From: Mytilus californianus | Lineage: Eukaryota | Reading direction: 5' to 3' | Assembly (NCBI RefSeq): GCF_021869535.1 | Contig: NW_026262679.1 | Coordinates: 74,462,001 to 74,526,000 of the forward strand | DNA length: 64,000 nucleotides | Shown: one piece after another, positions 52,201 through 64,000 of the stretch | Layout: each line of letters begins with the position of its first letter | Position numbering within the stretch: position 1 is the first letter of the stretch | Notes under the pieces: model-generated | Seen by the model: only the letters and a program-made list of their open reading frames with translations | The model's database searches: none | Told to the model about the DNA's origin: nothing | Made by a program: the position numbers and the translations under genes

Positions 52201-55200
52201 GATAAAACAAACAAGAATAAACTATTACAATTAAATTGAAACGGTCTAAATATTGATTAATTTGCCACAGTCGCTTACACATTGCATTTAAAATACATAT
52301 ACATTTGAAATCTTACTATTTGAATAAGCTCTTGGTCGCTCCTTTTCTATATTGGTCTCCTAATTTTTGGTACGAAAAATCTAGTACGCAGTTGCAGAGC
52401 ATTGACAACAGAAAATTCCAAAAAGTTTAAAAACATTAAATTTACAAAAAATTACTATAGCAATGACATTTCATGTCAACAAACAACTGCTGGCTACTGG
52501 GCTGGTGATACAATTGGAGAAGAAACGTCCATCAGCACAAGCATCGAGTCATGATAGATTGTAGGCGTATTATTTGGTATGCCAGACACGCTTTTCGCCT
52601 TCATAATTCTCATCAGTCGCGCTCGAATCAAAATGGTTTGAGGGTCAAATCAAGTTGGAAGCTGAAAAGCATTGACAATCAAATATTCCCAAAAGTAGTG
52701 CCAAATATGGCCTATGTCATATATAACGCAGATAAAAATCCACAGGGGTTCGAATATTCAACATTTAAAAAAAAATAGTAAATTTACAAACAAAAAATTC
52801 GCCACTCAATTTTTATTTCACAAACCAAGTGAAATTAAATGAAGAAATTGCACGAAGTAAAAATGGAATGAGAACGGGTGCGTCTACAGTAAGCGTTTAT
52901 GTCAGTCGTTTCTACAACCGTCTTAGAATACTGACACCGGAAATATTATTAGTTACATAGTGTGCTAGTGACCTAATACGATATATATATAGGGTCAGTA
53001 AATTCCATATGGGGTGAGAGCGAATACGATATATATGGGGTCAGTAAATTCCATATGGGGTGAGAGCGAATACGATATATATGGGGTCAGTAAATTCCAT
53101 ATGGGGTGAGAGCGAAGCTCGAATCCCCATATGGAATTTACTGACTCCATTTATATCGTATTAGGTCACTAGCACACTATGTAACGAATTTATCTTAACG
53201 ACTATCTTAACATGTGGTATTTAGACTAGTGGCCTATCAAAGTGATCAAGTCTTCAATAGCGTTAGTATTAAGAACCTACTTCCATTGGTCTATACAAAA
53301 ACAAATGCCAACAATAACAACTTGTTAACTTTAAATGTGCTTTATGAATTTATTTCAATCATTCATCATATTCAATTTCTTCGTCTGTTAAAAACCTTTA
53401 AGATTTTTCCTCAACACCGTGTTGTTTTTATAAAGGGACGTAACACCACTACTAACCGTGTATTTAAATAAGCCCCGCCTACTAACCCAATATGGAACCC
53501 TACTAACCCAATATGGAACCCTACTAACCCAATATGGAATATACACGGTCTCCACGCGGTTGCTTTCAACCAATCATACTCCTAGAAATGTATAGGAGGT
53601 AAGATAAACAGATTTATTTCTCATGTAAATGTTTTTTAACTCTTTCAGGGCACTTATTATGGCGCTGGAGAACAAGGAACATGTAGTTACTCACCTCCAA
53701 GCCTGCCTCCAACAGTTGCAGCAGGAAACATAAGACGTTATATTGCATTGAATAGACCACAGTTTTTCAACTCATTGTCTTGTGGAATGTGCTTTAAGGT
53801 GATTCAAGTTACTTGTATAAAACCAGTTAAAAGAATTAAGTTAGTTTCATCCACTGTTCTAACACAAAGAAACCAGAGAATCGACTGTTGTGAGGAGGGT
53901 AGGGGTGTTCTTGTCAATATCAAAGTGGGGAGAGAACCATTTACCCAGCGTGTAGACCTTCTTATTGCTGTATTTCATGTTGATATTGTACATGATATAC
54001 GCTCAGATCAAAAAGTTGTACCAAAAATGTATAAAAACAGATAAAAAAGTACTCTGCTGGTTTTATTTCATCACCTCACTACACATCGTTATATTATATT
54101 TAGCTTAACATGTCAAACGTTTTTCAAAACTCTTAACTTCTTAAGTAGCAAAATTGATAGCAAAAATCATAACAGATACAAATTTCATTGCATGTAAGTG
54201 AAATATTTTTACATTTGTATTTATGTAATGAAATACCAGTAAATCATTACGAATATACTTTTTCTAAGCAGCGTGATTATAGAGATATTACAATCATTTG
54301 TAGGTACACGGAAGTGGTAAAGGTTTAGGAAGTGACCCAATAATAGGAGATTCTATCGTGTTTGTGAAAGATTTATGCCCAGAATGTCTTGCTGGTAAGT
54401 ACCTTGTACACAAAAATTGATTATTCACTTGTGGAGAAGGATCTGCTTACCCTTCTGAAGCACATGAGATCATCCCCGGAATTTGATGGGTTCGTGTTGC
54501 TCAATCTTAAGTTGTCTATGTTGTGTTTTGTGTACTGTTGTTCATCTTTACTTCGTTTTTCGTTTTTATTTGCCATGGCATTTCCAGTATGTTTTTGACT
54601 TATGAGTTTGAATTTCCCTTTGGTATCTTTCGCCTCTCTTTCTGAATAAGGCAAACAAAACTTATCTATATTTGTTTCCTGCCTCCCGGCTAGATATTTT
54701 GGAGAATTGTTCTGGATTTTAAAGATGACTAAACCAAAATGTCTAAACTATGACTGTGCATTACCAAAAATGTCAATAAAAAGTGTTAGGGGAGGCGTAT
54801 AAATTGAGAGTAGGTTAGTGTAGCCAAGAAACAGAACTATATCTTATTTAGCTTAAGGAAAGTTAGTACAAAACCCCAACAATACTGTACGTCTCTATCA
54901 ATTACAGATAATTATGAATTATCTCAAAAATGCTAAAAGTATATTTAGAGAGAAATTCCTTATTATATAAACCATTTTGCATGGATTTGTATGAGTGTTG
55001 TTAGTTAATATCTTACGATATAATACAACGGTCTAGTGCGAGTTATTGATGTTCATCGTTTTCTCTCGTTCACTTTAGAAATACTCTCCGATGTAAATAC
55101 TCAATCAATTATAAATAAACTTGGGCCCAAAAATCCCTTACACATTCTGCTGTGCATTGGAATCCGATTACCCTTTGTTTCACGCATGTAATGACTCAGT

Positions 55201-58200
55201 TTAATCTCATGTTTTCTTAATTTTATTGATTTTAAAACTAAGTTATTGTACCAAATGAGAATGCCTTAATTTTGCACATAATTGTGAAATTTGAAAATAA
55301 AAGACTATTCACCAGTGTTGCCTCCCATCTCACGTTTATATGGTTTAATGCAGGTTTTCTATCTTATTATTTATCAAGGATCTGTAGATCTAGCAGAAAA
55401 CGGAGATGGCAGGTGGGAAGTAGAAATACAAGCAGTTCAGTGTCCAGTAGGCAACACAAAATTGGAATACAAATTTCAGGGAAGTAATCCATGGTACCTA
55501 AAACTTCAAGTTAGGAATGCAAGGTAAGTATATCTTATCGTTAATTTCAAATGAACAGTTGGTAACACAAAACTGGAGAACAATTTCCAGGGTCACAATG
55601 GCGCTATGAATTGTAACTTTCCATTTCCATTTAGCAACATTCCATCGACGCCTGTTTATTGAGTGTATATTTCCCAGTTGATACGATATTTCAGGGCTAG
55701 AATTGTTTATCATGATGTCCAATGATGTTCAAAGGGTTGCTGTTTACGGGAAGGGGATATAATCGCTTTATCTTAAATCGCGAAATCAGCAAAAAATTAA
55801 AAAAAATTGTATGGCATATTTTGTCATCAACTAGTTATAAAAAGAAATGAAAGAGAAAAAAGAGGAAACAAACATATATGTACTGTTTGTATTGTACCGT
55901 CATATATTTGTGTTTGCTGGTTTATAAATAAATGGCTGAAGAAATAGCCAATAAGCTAATCTATGAATAGATCAGTTAAACATGTGATAATAGAAAAGGC
56001 GGCTTATGACGAATTATTTCTTGATTCATCAAAATCTCTTTACGCACTAGACAAAACCTCTATTCAACCATAAGTCTCAGTGAGGCGTACAACAAAAAGC
56101 AAAAGCTCACGTATCAATGCAAAAGTAAGACAGTTGCTAACACCGTTTTTTTTTAAATCTCATATTTTTCTCACAGAATTCCAGTCACTGGACTGTCACT
56201 ATGGCAACCGAAAAGTCAAAGATGGGCTGCTATGCAGCACAGCTCAGACGGATTTTGGTTAATGGGTCCAGGTCATTTCGAGAAACCAGTCCATCCATCT
56301 GCTCAGGCTCCACTTAAAATGAAATTAACAGCTGCAAATGGCGTTGTAATAGAGGATCAAATTACTAAAATGCGTAAGTTGAAAAAAAAAGAACAAAAAC
56401 AGAGTTCGTTTAATTTAATCCTGGTATCTATGATGAGTCTATTTAAAATTCATATCTAAAGTCTTACGCTATCATATCGAAGTGTTTGCGAAACAACTGT
56501 TAACGTAATGTTCATTTCTTAGAGATTTTTTTGTAAAAAAAAAAAAAGATAGATCACAAAAATTGTACAACGATTTCTTCTGAAGTATGTACAAGTCCAT
56601 TCATTTACAAATAGCTAAAGAAACATGTATTTTTTATGCTTAAAGGACGTTCTTTACCAATAGACCTGCACAGGTTGTGATACAAATATATATGTACATT
56701 TGAGTATTTTGGGTTACTTTAACACGTGTTATCTGCAATACCTTTATTTTTACCTCAACGTAGGCAGTGGTGAAAAATATTATTGAACTGACATAAAGTA
56801 TTGAAAACAGTTATTTTTCAAATATTAAACATATTTTGATTAAAAATAAATATAGAGCAATTTACTTACATAAAATAAAGCGGAATTTGAAAATATTAAA
56901 TTAATTTGATGCACCAAATGCACTTTTCAAAAATGAATCAAATATTAAAATTCGAACGTACTTTACATTACAGTAAACTCGAAATAACACAAAAAGGCAA
57001 AGGAAAATCTGTGGAAAATTATTTATCTTAATCTAACGAAAACATCTTATTCTCCCCAAAATTTCACGGAAATCTGTAAATATTAATGCGAGTAGAACAG
57101 TTATTGTACTCGAGGGCTAGTGCAATATAATATTCTACTCGGGACAATATCAGTAATATTGGTGCAATAACCGCATGAATTTTCTGATATCAAATCGACA
57201 CGCATCAAAATGGTGCTTAAAGGTATTCTTATTGACAGGTTTTTAAAGCTAGTGGATATTTTCAATTAAAAGCCGTCGAACATAGTACTTTAATATGGAT
57301 ATGCATAAGGCGAAGGAACCTATAAACATAAATCATGAAACATATAATTTGGATCGAAAATCAAATTATCACCACTTTTAATTATTCTAAAATTGGAATG
57401 ATTGTAAAAACTTTTGAGTTTGACATTTGATGAATAGCTTAATTGCATGAAATCATAAACAATAATAATCTGTGTAAGTGATATGCTTTTTTTCTACGTC
57501 TTATCGTTTATAGCAATTAAGTTGCAAAAATAATAATCAAAAACTTCCCTTTTTAGTGAACGGGAAAAGTAATTGATTTTTAAGTACATTAATGCTGCTT
57601 TAAAAGCAAAACACAAAGTAATGTGCTGAAAAAAAATATGCACTAGGAAAACTGATATTCGAGAAAATAATCTCAAAATGATCAATGTTAGTGGAAAATA
57701 GTTAACATAAACAAAACCATTGTTTGTCATTTAATGTTATATATGCACACTTAATGTAATAAATGTAATTAAAGAGTATGAGAAAGTTATACTCATTTTT
57801 ATATAATTGTATATCATATCCAACTATAGCAGTCATCACGTGACTTTGGTGACGTCACACATCACCCGTATAATGCCCCAGTAAAATATATAGAAATGCA
57901 CAGGGGCTTTCAGGAATCGATAAAATAAATTACTTTAAGTTCATGATACAAAAAGTGTGGAAATATATATTAATTCTTCATATATGATTAATGATTAACG
58001 TTTAATTACAGAAACTGATAAATTAATAAAATTTCACATTTAAAATATAATTGTTTTTCGAAAGTTATTTGTTTGCAAAAGTATGAACATGTTAAAGTAT
58101 TAGATATTAACTACTAACATTTTCATACGTGATTTGAAACAATAAGTAAAATTAAAACTGGATGTATTTTAAAAAGCAGAACTAACGAAATGTATGTTCT

Positions 58201-58864
58201 TTTCCAAACATCCAAGTAAGCGGAAAGACACTGTATATACCACAGTAATCTCTTGTGGGGATGTACTTACGATGTACTTGGACATTCAAAACTGGTTTAA
58301 CCGCACCACATTTTGTTTTTGTACCAAGTCTGGTATTTTGTTTATATTTCGTTAGTTCTGCTTTTTAAAATACATCCAGTTTTAATTTTAAACTGTTTTG
58401 AACTGATAAATTAATAAAATTTCACATTTAAAATATAATTGTTTTTCGAAAGTTATTTGTTTGCAAAAGTATGAACATGTTAAAGTATTAAACATAATTC
58501 ATTAAAACACATACCTAAAACTCTGGCTTAGTCTTTTATTTTCTTCTTGGAAGATTTGGGGGCAGGAAGGTTCATAGAAGTTCGTAGAATACCAACAAAT
58601 TCTGGCTTAGTCTTTTATTTTCTTCTTGGAAGATTTGGGGCAGGAAGGTTCATAGAAGTTCGTAGAATACCAACAAATTTGGTTTGTCTATATTAACTAT
58701 TTTCCACAAACATTTGTTTGTTTCAATGATAATGATTATATGAAATGTTATAACATTGATCCACAGATTGATTATATTTCTATTTTTTTCTTACAGCTAA
58801 TGAAGTTGTTATTCATGGTACTGGTAAACAATTTCCACGGGACCCGTCTTTACCACAGGCTTAA
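46283..58864 (+). CDS. Secreted expansin-like protein (signal peptide - CBM2-like x2 - Thr/Ser linker - DPBB domain - CBM63-like domain), 578 aa; coding exons 46283-46486, 48059-48379, 48576-49083, 49809-49861, 53649-53798, 54304-54394, 55379-55523, 56177-56373, 58797-58864
   Basis: Nine exons with GT-AG ends and compatible phases sum to 1737 nt (578 aa plus stop). The C-terminal half (KFKGDGTYYGAGEQGTCSY...IALNRPQFFNSLSCGMCFKV...VFVKDLCPECLAGSVDL...WEVEIQAVQCP...YKFQGSNPWYLKLQVRNARIPV...LKMKLTAANGVVIEDQITKMP...GTGKQFP) matches the EXLX1/YoaJ pattern along its length. AATAAA at 58898-58903. Confidence 0.9.
48885..48992 (+). repeat. Coding 27-bp tandem repeat x4 (TTK[S/R]QTSPS) in the expansin-like linker
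   Basis: acaac[a/g]aaaag[t/a]cagacatcacc[g/t]tca occurs four times in frame. Confidence 0.95.
51165..51710. repeat. Family A interspersed repeat copy in expansin-like intron 4
   Basis: Colinear with 38945-39530. Confidence 0.8.
52952..53185. repeat. Fold-back element with internal 46-bp unit x3
   Basis: gttacatagtgtgctagtgacctaatacgatata is inverted at both ends. The unit tacgatatatatggggtcagtaaattccatatggggtgagagcgaa starts at 52977, 53025 and 53071. Confidence 0.9.
53487..53540. repeat. 21-bp minisatellite, about 3 copies (cctactaacccaatatggaac)
   Basis: Direct reading of the sequence. Confidence 0.85.
58523..58679. repeat. About 78-bp tandem duplication in expansin-like intron 8
   Basis: ctggcttagtcttttattttcttcttggaagatttgggg...gaataccaacaaatt occurs twice. 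Confidence 0.9.
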
Positions 58865-61800
58865 ACGGTTTATAATAATATGTAGAAATTGAATATAAAT
58901 AAAGGTTCTCTGGTATACGATTTTTGTTTATGTTCAGATTTGTATTTCAAGTATTCGCTTTATAACCAATTATACATAAAAAGGATAACATGATATCCGA
59001 AGAAAATTTGACAGCAGGTCTCACTAAGTACCAACATCCTACTCCTAAAAATAAAAGTACAAACACCGAAAAACAACAACGAACAAGACATGGCCCAGAA
59101 CCTGACTTGGTACAGAAACAAAATGTGGTGCGGTTAAACCAGTTTTGAATGTCCATTGCCTATTTACTGGTACACTTGTATATGTATTGAAAATTTTAAG
59201 CATATTTTATAGATAAATAAAATTGAGAATGGAAATGGGGAATGTGTCAAAGAGACAACAACCCGACCATAGAGCAGACAACAGCCGAAGGCCACCAATG
59301 GGTCTTCAATACAGCGAGAAACTCCCGCTGTTACATAAACCCAAAGTCATACAATCACTAAGATCTGTTTTCAGAACTATGATAGAATTGAATAAAACTA
59401 GGTGAAATGGCTTCAATTTGTAAATTGTTCATTCAAGTCTTCATGTTCTTATGCACTATCATATGTGCTGTTGAATTCAGAAACATGATGACTCACGTAA
59501 GAAAATATGTATGGCAAAGTTCAGGTACAAAGTTGTTTTTGCTGTGCATAAATATAAACTATGTAGATTACATCGGAGTGCACGTTTCAAATGTGGCCTA
59601 CATTTCCTACTTGAATGACAAACAAGTCCTAAATATGTTCAAGTTTGTTTGTGACATCAGTTACTGTCTGGTGAATTTTTATTGTACATATTTGAATAAA
59701 ACTGTATCAAAAATAAAATAAAAAGAAAAGTAGTTATCTAATTATAGCTAGCCTGTCAACACTGGGGTTATGAGTTCGAGCCCCGCACATGACAGGTGCG
59801 TTCGATTCCAATCTTTATCAACTAGGATTCTAGTTTTCCTATTGAAGGTCGGTGGTTGTCTCCGGACACTCAGCTTCATCCAACAATAAAAACTGGCCGC
59901 AACGATATAGCCAATAGTGCAGAAAATTGCGTTAAGCACCAACATTTGATCAATCAATCAGGCAATCAATCACGAACCAACCCAGGGCAGTAGTACAACA
60001 ACATAACTCTACACAAATAGAAAATAATTGAAAAGGGACCATTAGATCGGTACTAAAAACAAAAACAACTGAAACAATGACTAAGATTTTAAATGTTCCA
60101 ATCTAGGAGTAGTCGCAATAATTGAAAGATAATTCGAAGTTCAATTAAAAAAAAAGGTGATAAATAGACCTTTTTTTCCCAGACAGATATATCAATATTC
60201 ATATTATTCCTTATTTATCGTCATTTGAACGTTAAACCCATTATTAACAGTTTTTCTATTTTCATATAAAAGCACTATTGTACTCACTCGTAAGTAAATA
60301 TTGTTCCATTTACTTTTGTGTTAAAGCAATTAAAATTCGTAACTGTTGAGTAAAACAAAAGTTAATAGATACCTAATGATGCAACAATGGCTTATCCTTA
60401 CAAACCATTAATCAAATATCAATTTGATATTTGGAGATGAATAAAATTGCTAAATGGCCATTAACAAAACAACTAGACGGTTTACATAATCATCACATGA
60501 TGGATGAATAATGCAATCCGGTACTAATGTCACGAAGTAGGACGAATTAGTTTACATAATTCTTTAAAATTCATTCACAACATGTCTGAACCGAACTTTG
60601 ATTTTGTTTTGACTTGGTTTTGGTGCTAGCTCGACATTGATGACCGTTTGGTGACATATTTATTTCTGTATTTGTTTGTTTTTCATGTTGACATACAGCC
60701 ATGTATTCTTTGATTATTTTTTTCGTAATTAGTTTTCCGATCTGTTGTTATAGTGTACCGCTAAATTTAAGTTGTCTACCTAGGAACAATCATTTGAGTT
60801 CCCTTGACATTCGGAACGACTCCGAATGTTCTTTAAAATGGCCTTCATGTAGGACTCAGAACAAGTTCGGGCAGTTATACCTAAGAACATATGGACATTT
60901 CTAAGGTAGAACTGTTATATAATAGAATTGTTCTTATACAGATAAGAATAGTTCTATGACAGATTACAGTTCTGAAGATGGGTTATAACTGACCCAAATG
61001 TATTTGTACACTCATATCTGCTTATTCATAATTATTAACTATAGGACAATTCTGATGCTTCCGAAGTTTCATGAGATCATGCCAATAACAATTTATTTGT
61101 GTGACACTTTCGCAGAGTAAACAATATCATATACCTTTTTTTACGATTACATATACCTATCTACATCCTCCTCCTAAATAAACAAAACCGTAAACAAACA
61201 AACAACAAGCAAACAAACACAGTATCAAACAAAATTAAACATTCATAACTAGAACAATAAGGTAATAGTGTCAAAACTTCTATGGATATTGCACATCATG
61301 TTTTTTTCTGCACTGTTCTATCGCTGCTTATATAACATTAAGAAGATACGGTATGATTGCCAACGAGACAACTATCCTCCGAAGACCAAAAGAAAAGGGT
61401 GTAAACAACTATATATCATGGTAAGACATTCAACAATTATCAAAACCAATAACGTATAGTAAGCTTCAAATTGAGAAAACTTAGTCCTTTGCAAAAAGCA
61501 ACCAATGCCAACCACTTGACTACTGTTTCCTAGGACAGGCGCATAAAATATAAGCTTGCTTTTAGCTCTTCATGACCATCTTAATACTGGGGTTGGACCG
61601 AAGATTAATTCGTATTAGTTCATAAATTTTCATCAGTTTTATTTTTGTCCCACCTCAAAATCATTACGTTTTCCTTAGGACTAAAAGAAACAATTTAAAA
61701 AAAGCATTTTTTATTCTTTTTGTTATGATTTTTTTTTGGATTCTGTTGTTTTTACAAGCATTGCAGGTATAACTTAAGACAAACACTTCCTTGGTTCCTA

Positions 61801-64000
61801 ATTTATTGTGATATCTTCTCCCCTTTTTGCATGTCTAGTGGTAAATATTTCATGAATATTCACGAGAGTACAATTTAACAATCAAAATAAAATGATGAAA
61901 AGGGACAAAAACTTTGTCTAGTGAAATCTATCGAATCCATCAAAGAGTTTTTTTCAAAGGTCTTTAATTTGCAGAGAGTTTGGCATTGTTATGTATGGCG
62001 AATCATGGCTATCTTTATACTGATTTGACCGAAGAATAATCAGAGGCGGTATGATTGCTGATGAGACAACTAATCATAGACAAAAGGACAAAGTGTGAAC
62101 AATTGAAGGTCTTAAACAATAGACGAGACTCATACGGCCATATCGTGTAGTAGTTTATGCCCGTATGACAAAATTGTAAACAAACACAAAGGAGAGAACT
62201 AACGGATTGATTTGTTCAGCAATAAACGAAAAACAAACATGACAGAAAGCTTCCACTGAATTACAGGTTCCTGGTTTGGGAAGACTCTATCAAGTCATCA
62301 CGTAAACAGAGTGATATAAATGAACATAGAAAATAGCTTGAACATTCTACAATAAGGATCTCCCCTTAATACATTTATATGTGCGCCAGTAACTATTTTT
62401 CGTGCATAATTTTACTTTAACATAAATACATTTGATCACAAAGTCACGTACGCGAAAAACTGATAGCATCGTGCATTTCTAGATTATAGTAGATAACATA
62501 AAAAATAACCACAATTTTGTCTCGAATGACGTGCTTTTATCATATTATTCTTTACCCATTGTCGAATGAAAATTAGATATCGGTATGTTTGTTTGTTTTA
62601 AGATAAAAGACTATTGTTATCTTTAATAACTAAATATGGTGGCATTTAATTAAATGTTTACTCGCGTTTGTTATAAAACTATTAAATTTCTGATTACCCA
62701 TTAATGGGTTATAATAACAATACCATGTTCATTAGTTGGGATGCAAAATATGTTAGAATAAATAAATATTAGCTGAACAATTATAGATGTTTTGTTTTCA
62801 CGTTATCGTCACATGATGAGAGCAGCACAATAAACTGGATTCTGTTATCAAAATTAAGGACTCTTGAAAGGATGTCTTTTCAGCTTAAAGCAGAGTTGTT
62901 CGTCAGTTTGCAAAGAATTCCGCTCAAACCGGTGCTAGGGACCGTCTTAAACTTGCAGCGAGGTTTTTTTTTGCTCCGTGTTGAAGGCCTCACTGTTACT
63001 TTGAGATAAAGAACAACAATAAAAGCGCTGTTCCTTTGCTTTTTGTATTTTTTACTGTGCACATACTGATGTTTTGTCATGGATGGATACCCAATATACT
63101 TTCTTTTCAATTGAAAATAACAAATCGTGCTTTAGTCGTACGTTGAGTTATTGTTGCTAACATTTACGCCATTTGGTCTCTCTGGTGGATAGTTGTTTCA
63201 TTGGCATCATACCACATCTTATTTTTATACTAACACAGAGGCGAGGTGTATTGATAAATCAGTGTTTATATACAGTAACTAGTACTGGTTACTATGGGTA
63301 GTAATTTATTTCCAGAACATACATAAAAATATACTAGAATTGACACAAATTTTGGTCGATACAACAGACACACCAACCACAAACACCCGACAACCCGACT
63401 GCTCAGAGAAAATAGACATACAGATAAAGAAATGCAATAACGAAAAACTAAAAATAACAAAACTCCAAACAATCGAACACCCTTAAAAACTGCTATATAA
63501 AACAAACAAACAAATAAATAAACATATACTCAAACAAATTAAACACCCATAACTAAAACAATAAAGTGATGGTGTCAAAACTTCTTTGTGTATTTCACAT
63601 ACTCATGTTTTTTTTCTGCATTGTTCATGCTTCTGCTATATGAATGTAATTGGATGTATATAACATACATAAGAGTGTAAGAGGGCATGATTAAGTTACT
63701 TGATATACAATTAAGAAGATATGGTATGATTGCCAACGAGACAACTAAACACCGAAGACCAAATGAAAAGGGTGTAATCAACTATATATCACGGTACAAC
63801 ATTCAACAATAATCAAAAGACATACCGTATAGTAAGCTTCAAAACGCGTCTGGATAACAAAACGATAAACATAGTATAGTCCTTAGAAAAAAACACCAGG
63901 ACAAACACTTTACTACTGGCTCCTAGGACAGACACATAAAAAAGCTTGATTTTAGCTCTTCATGACTAACTTAAGACTGATTGGACCGAAATTTGATCCA

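Noticed and set aside
46283-58864. Bacterial contamination as the source of the expansin-like sequence
   Set aside because: The coding sequence is split by eight canonical introns containing the same repeat families as the rest of the window.
60701-60904. ORF / exon-like block with Cys residues
   Set aside because: No frame links it cleanly to the 59407 candidate exon, and there is no recognisable motif on either strand.

Overview
AT-rich, intron-containing animal DNA, probably from a bivalve mollusc (Mytilus-like; inferred from the repeat families, not proven). Three spliced protein-coding genes were rebuilt by hand with GT-AG junctions and continuous frames. (1) SERF, minus strand, 3 coding exons, 72 aa. 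(2) SUB1/PC4, plus strand, 4 coding exons, 117 aa. (3) A 9-exon, 578-aa secreted protein at 46283-58864: signal peptide, two CBM2-like modules, a Thr/Ser-rich linker, then a complete two-domain expansin (DPBB plus CBM63-like) resembling bacterial EXLX1/YoaJ. The third gene is the highlight, because full two-domain expansins are characteristic of plants and microbes rather than animals. The rest of the window is densely nested mobile DNA: CR1/L2-type LINEs, a Penelope-like (Naiad-type) RT remnant, TIR elements (IS3EU-like, hAT and unclassified), satellite-bearing Helentron-like repeats, hairpins and several locally templated rearrangements. Almost all short ORFs in the supplied track look like noise. 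No rRNA, tRNA or CRISPR array was seen. No database search was run; family assignments come from motif recognition.
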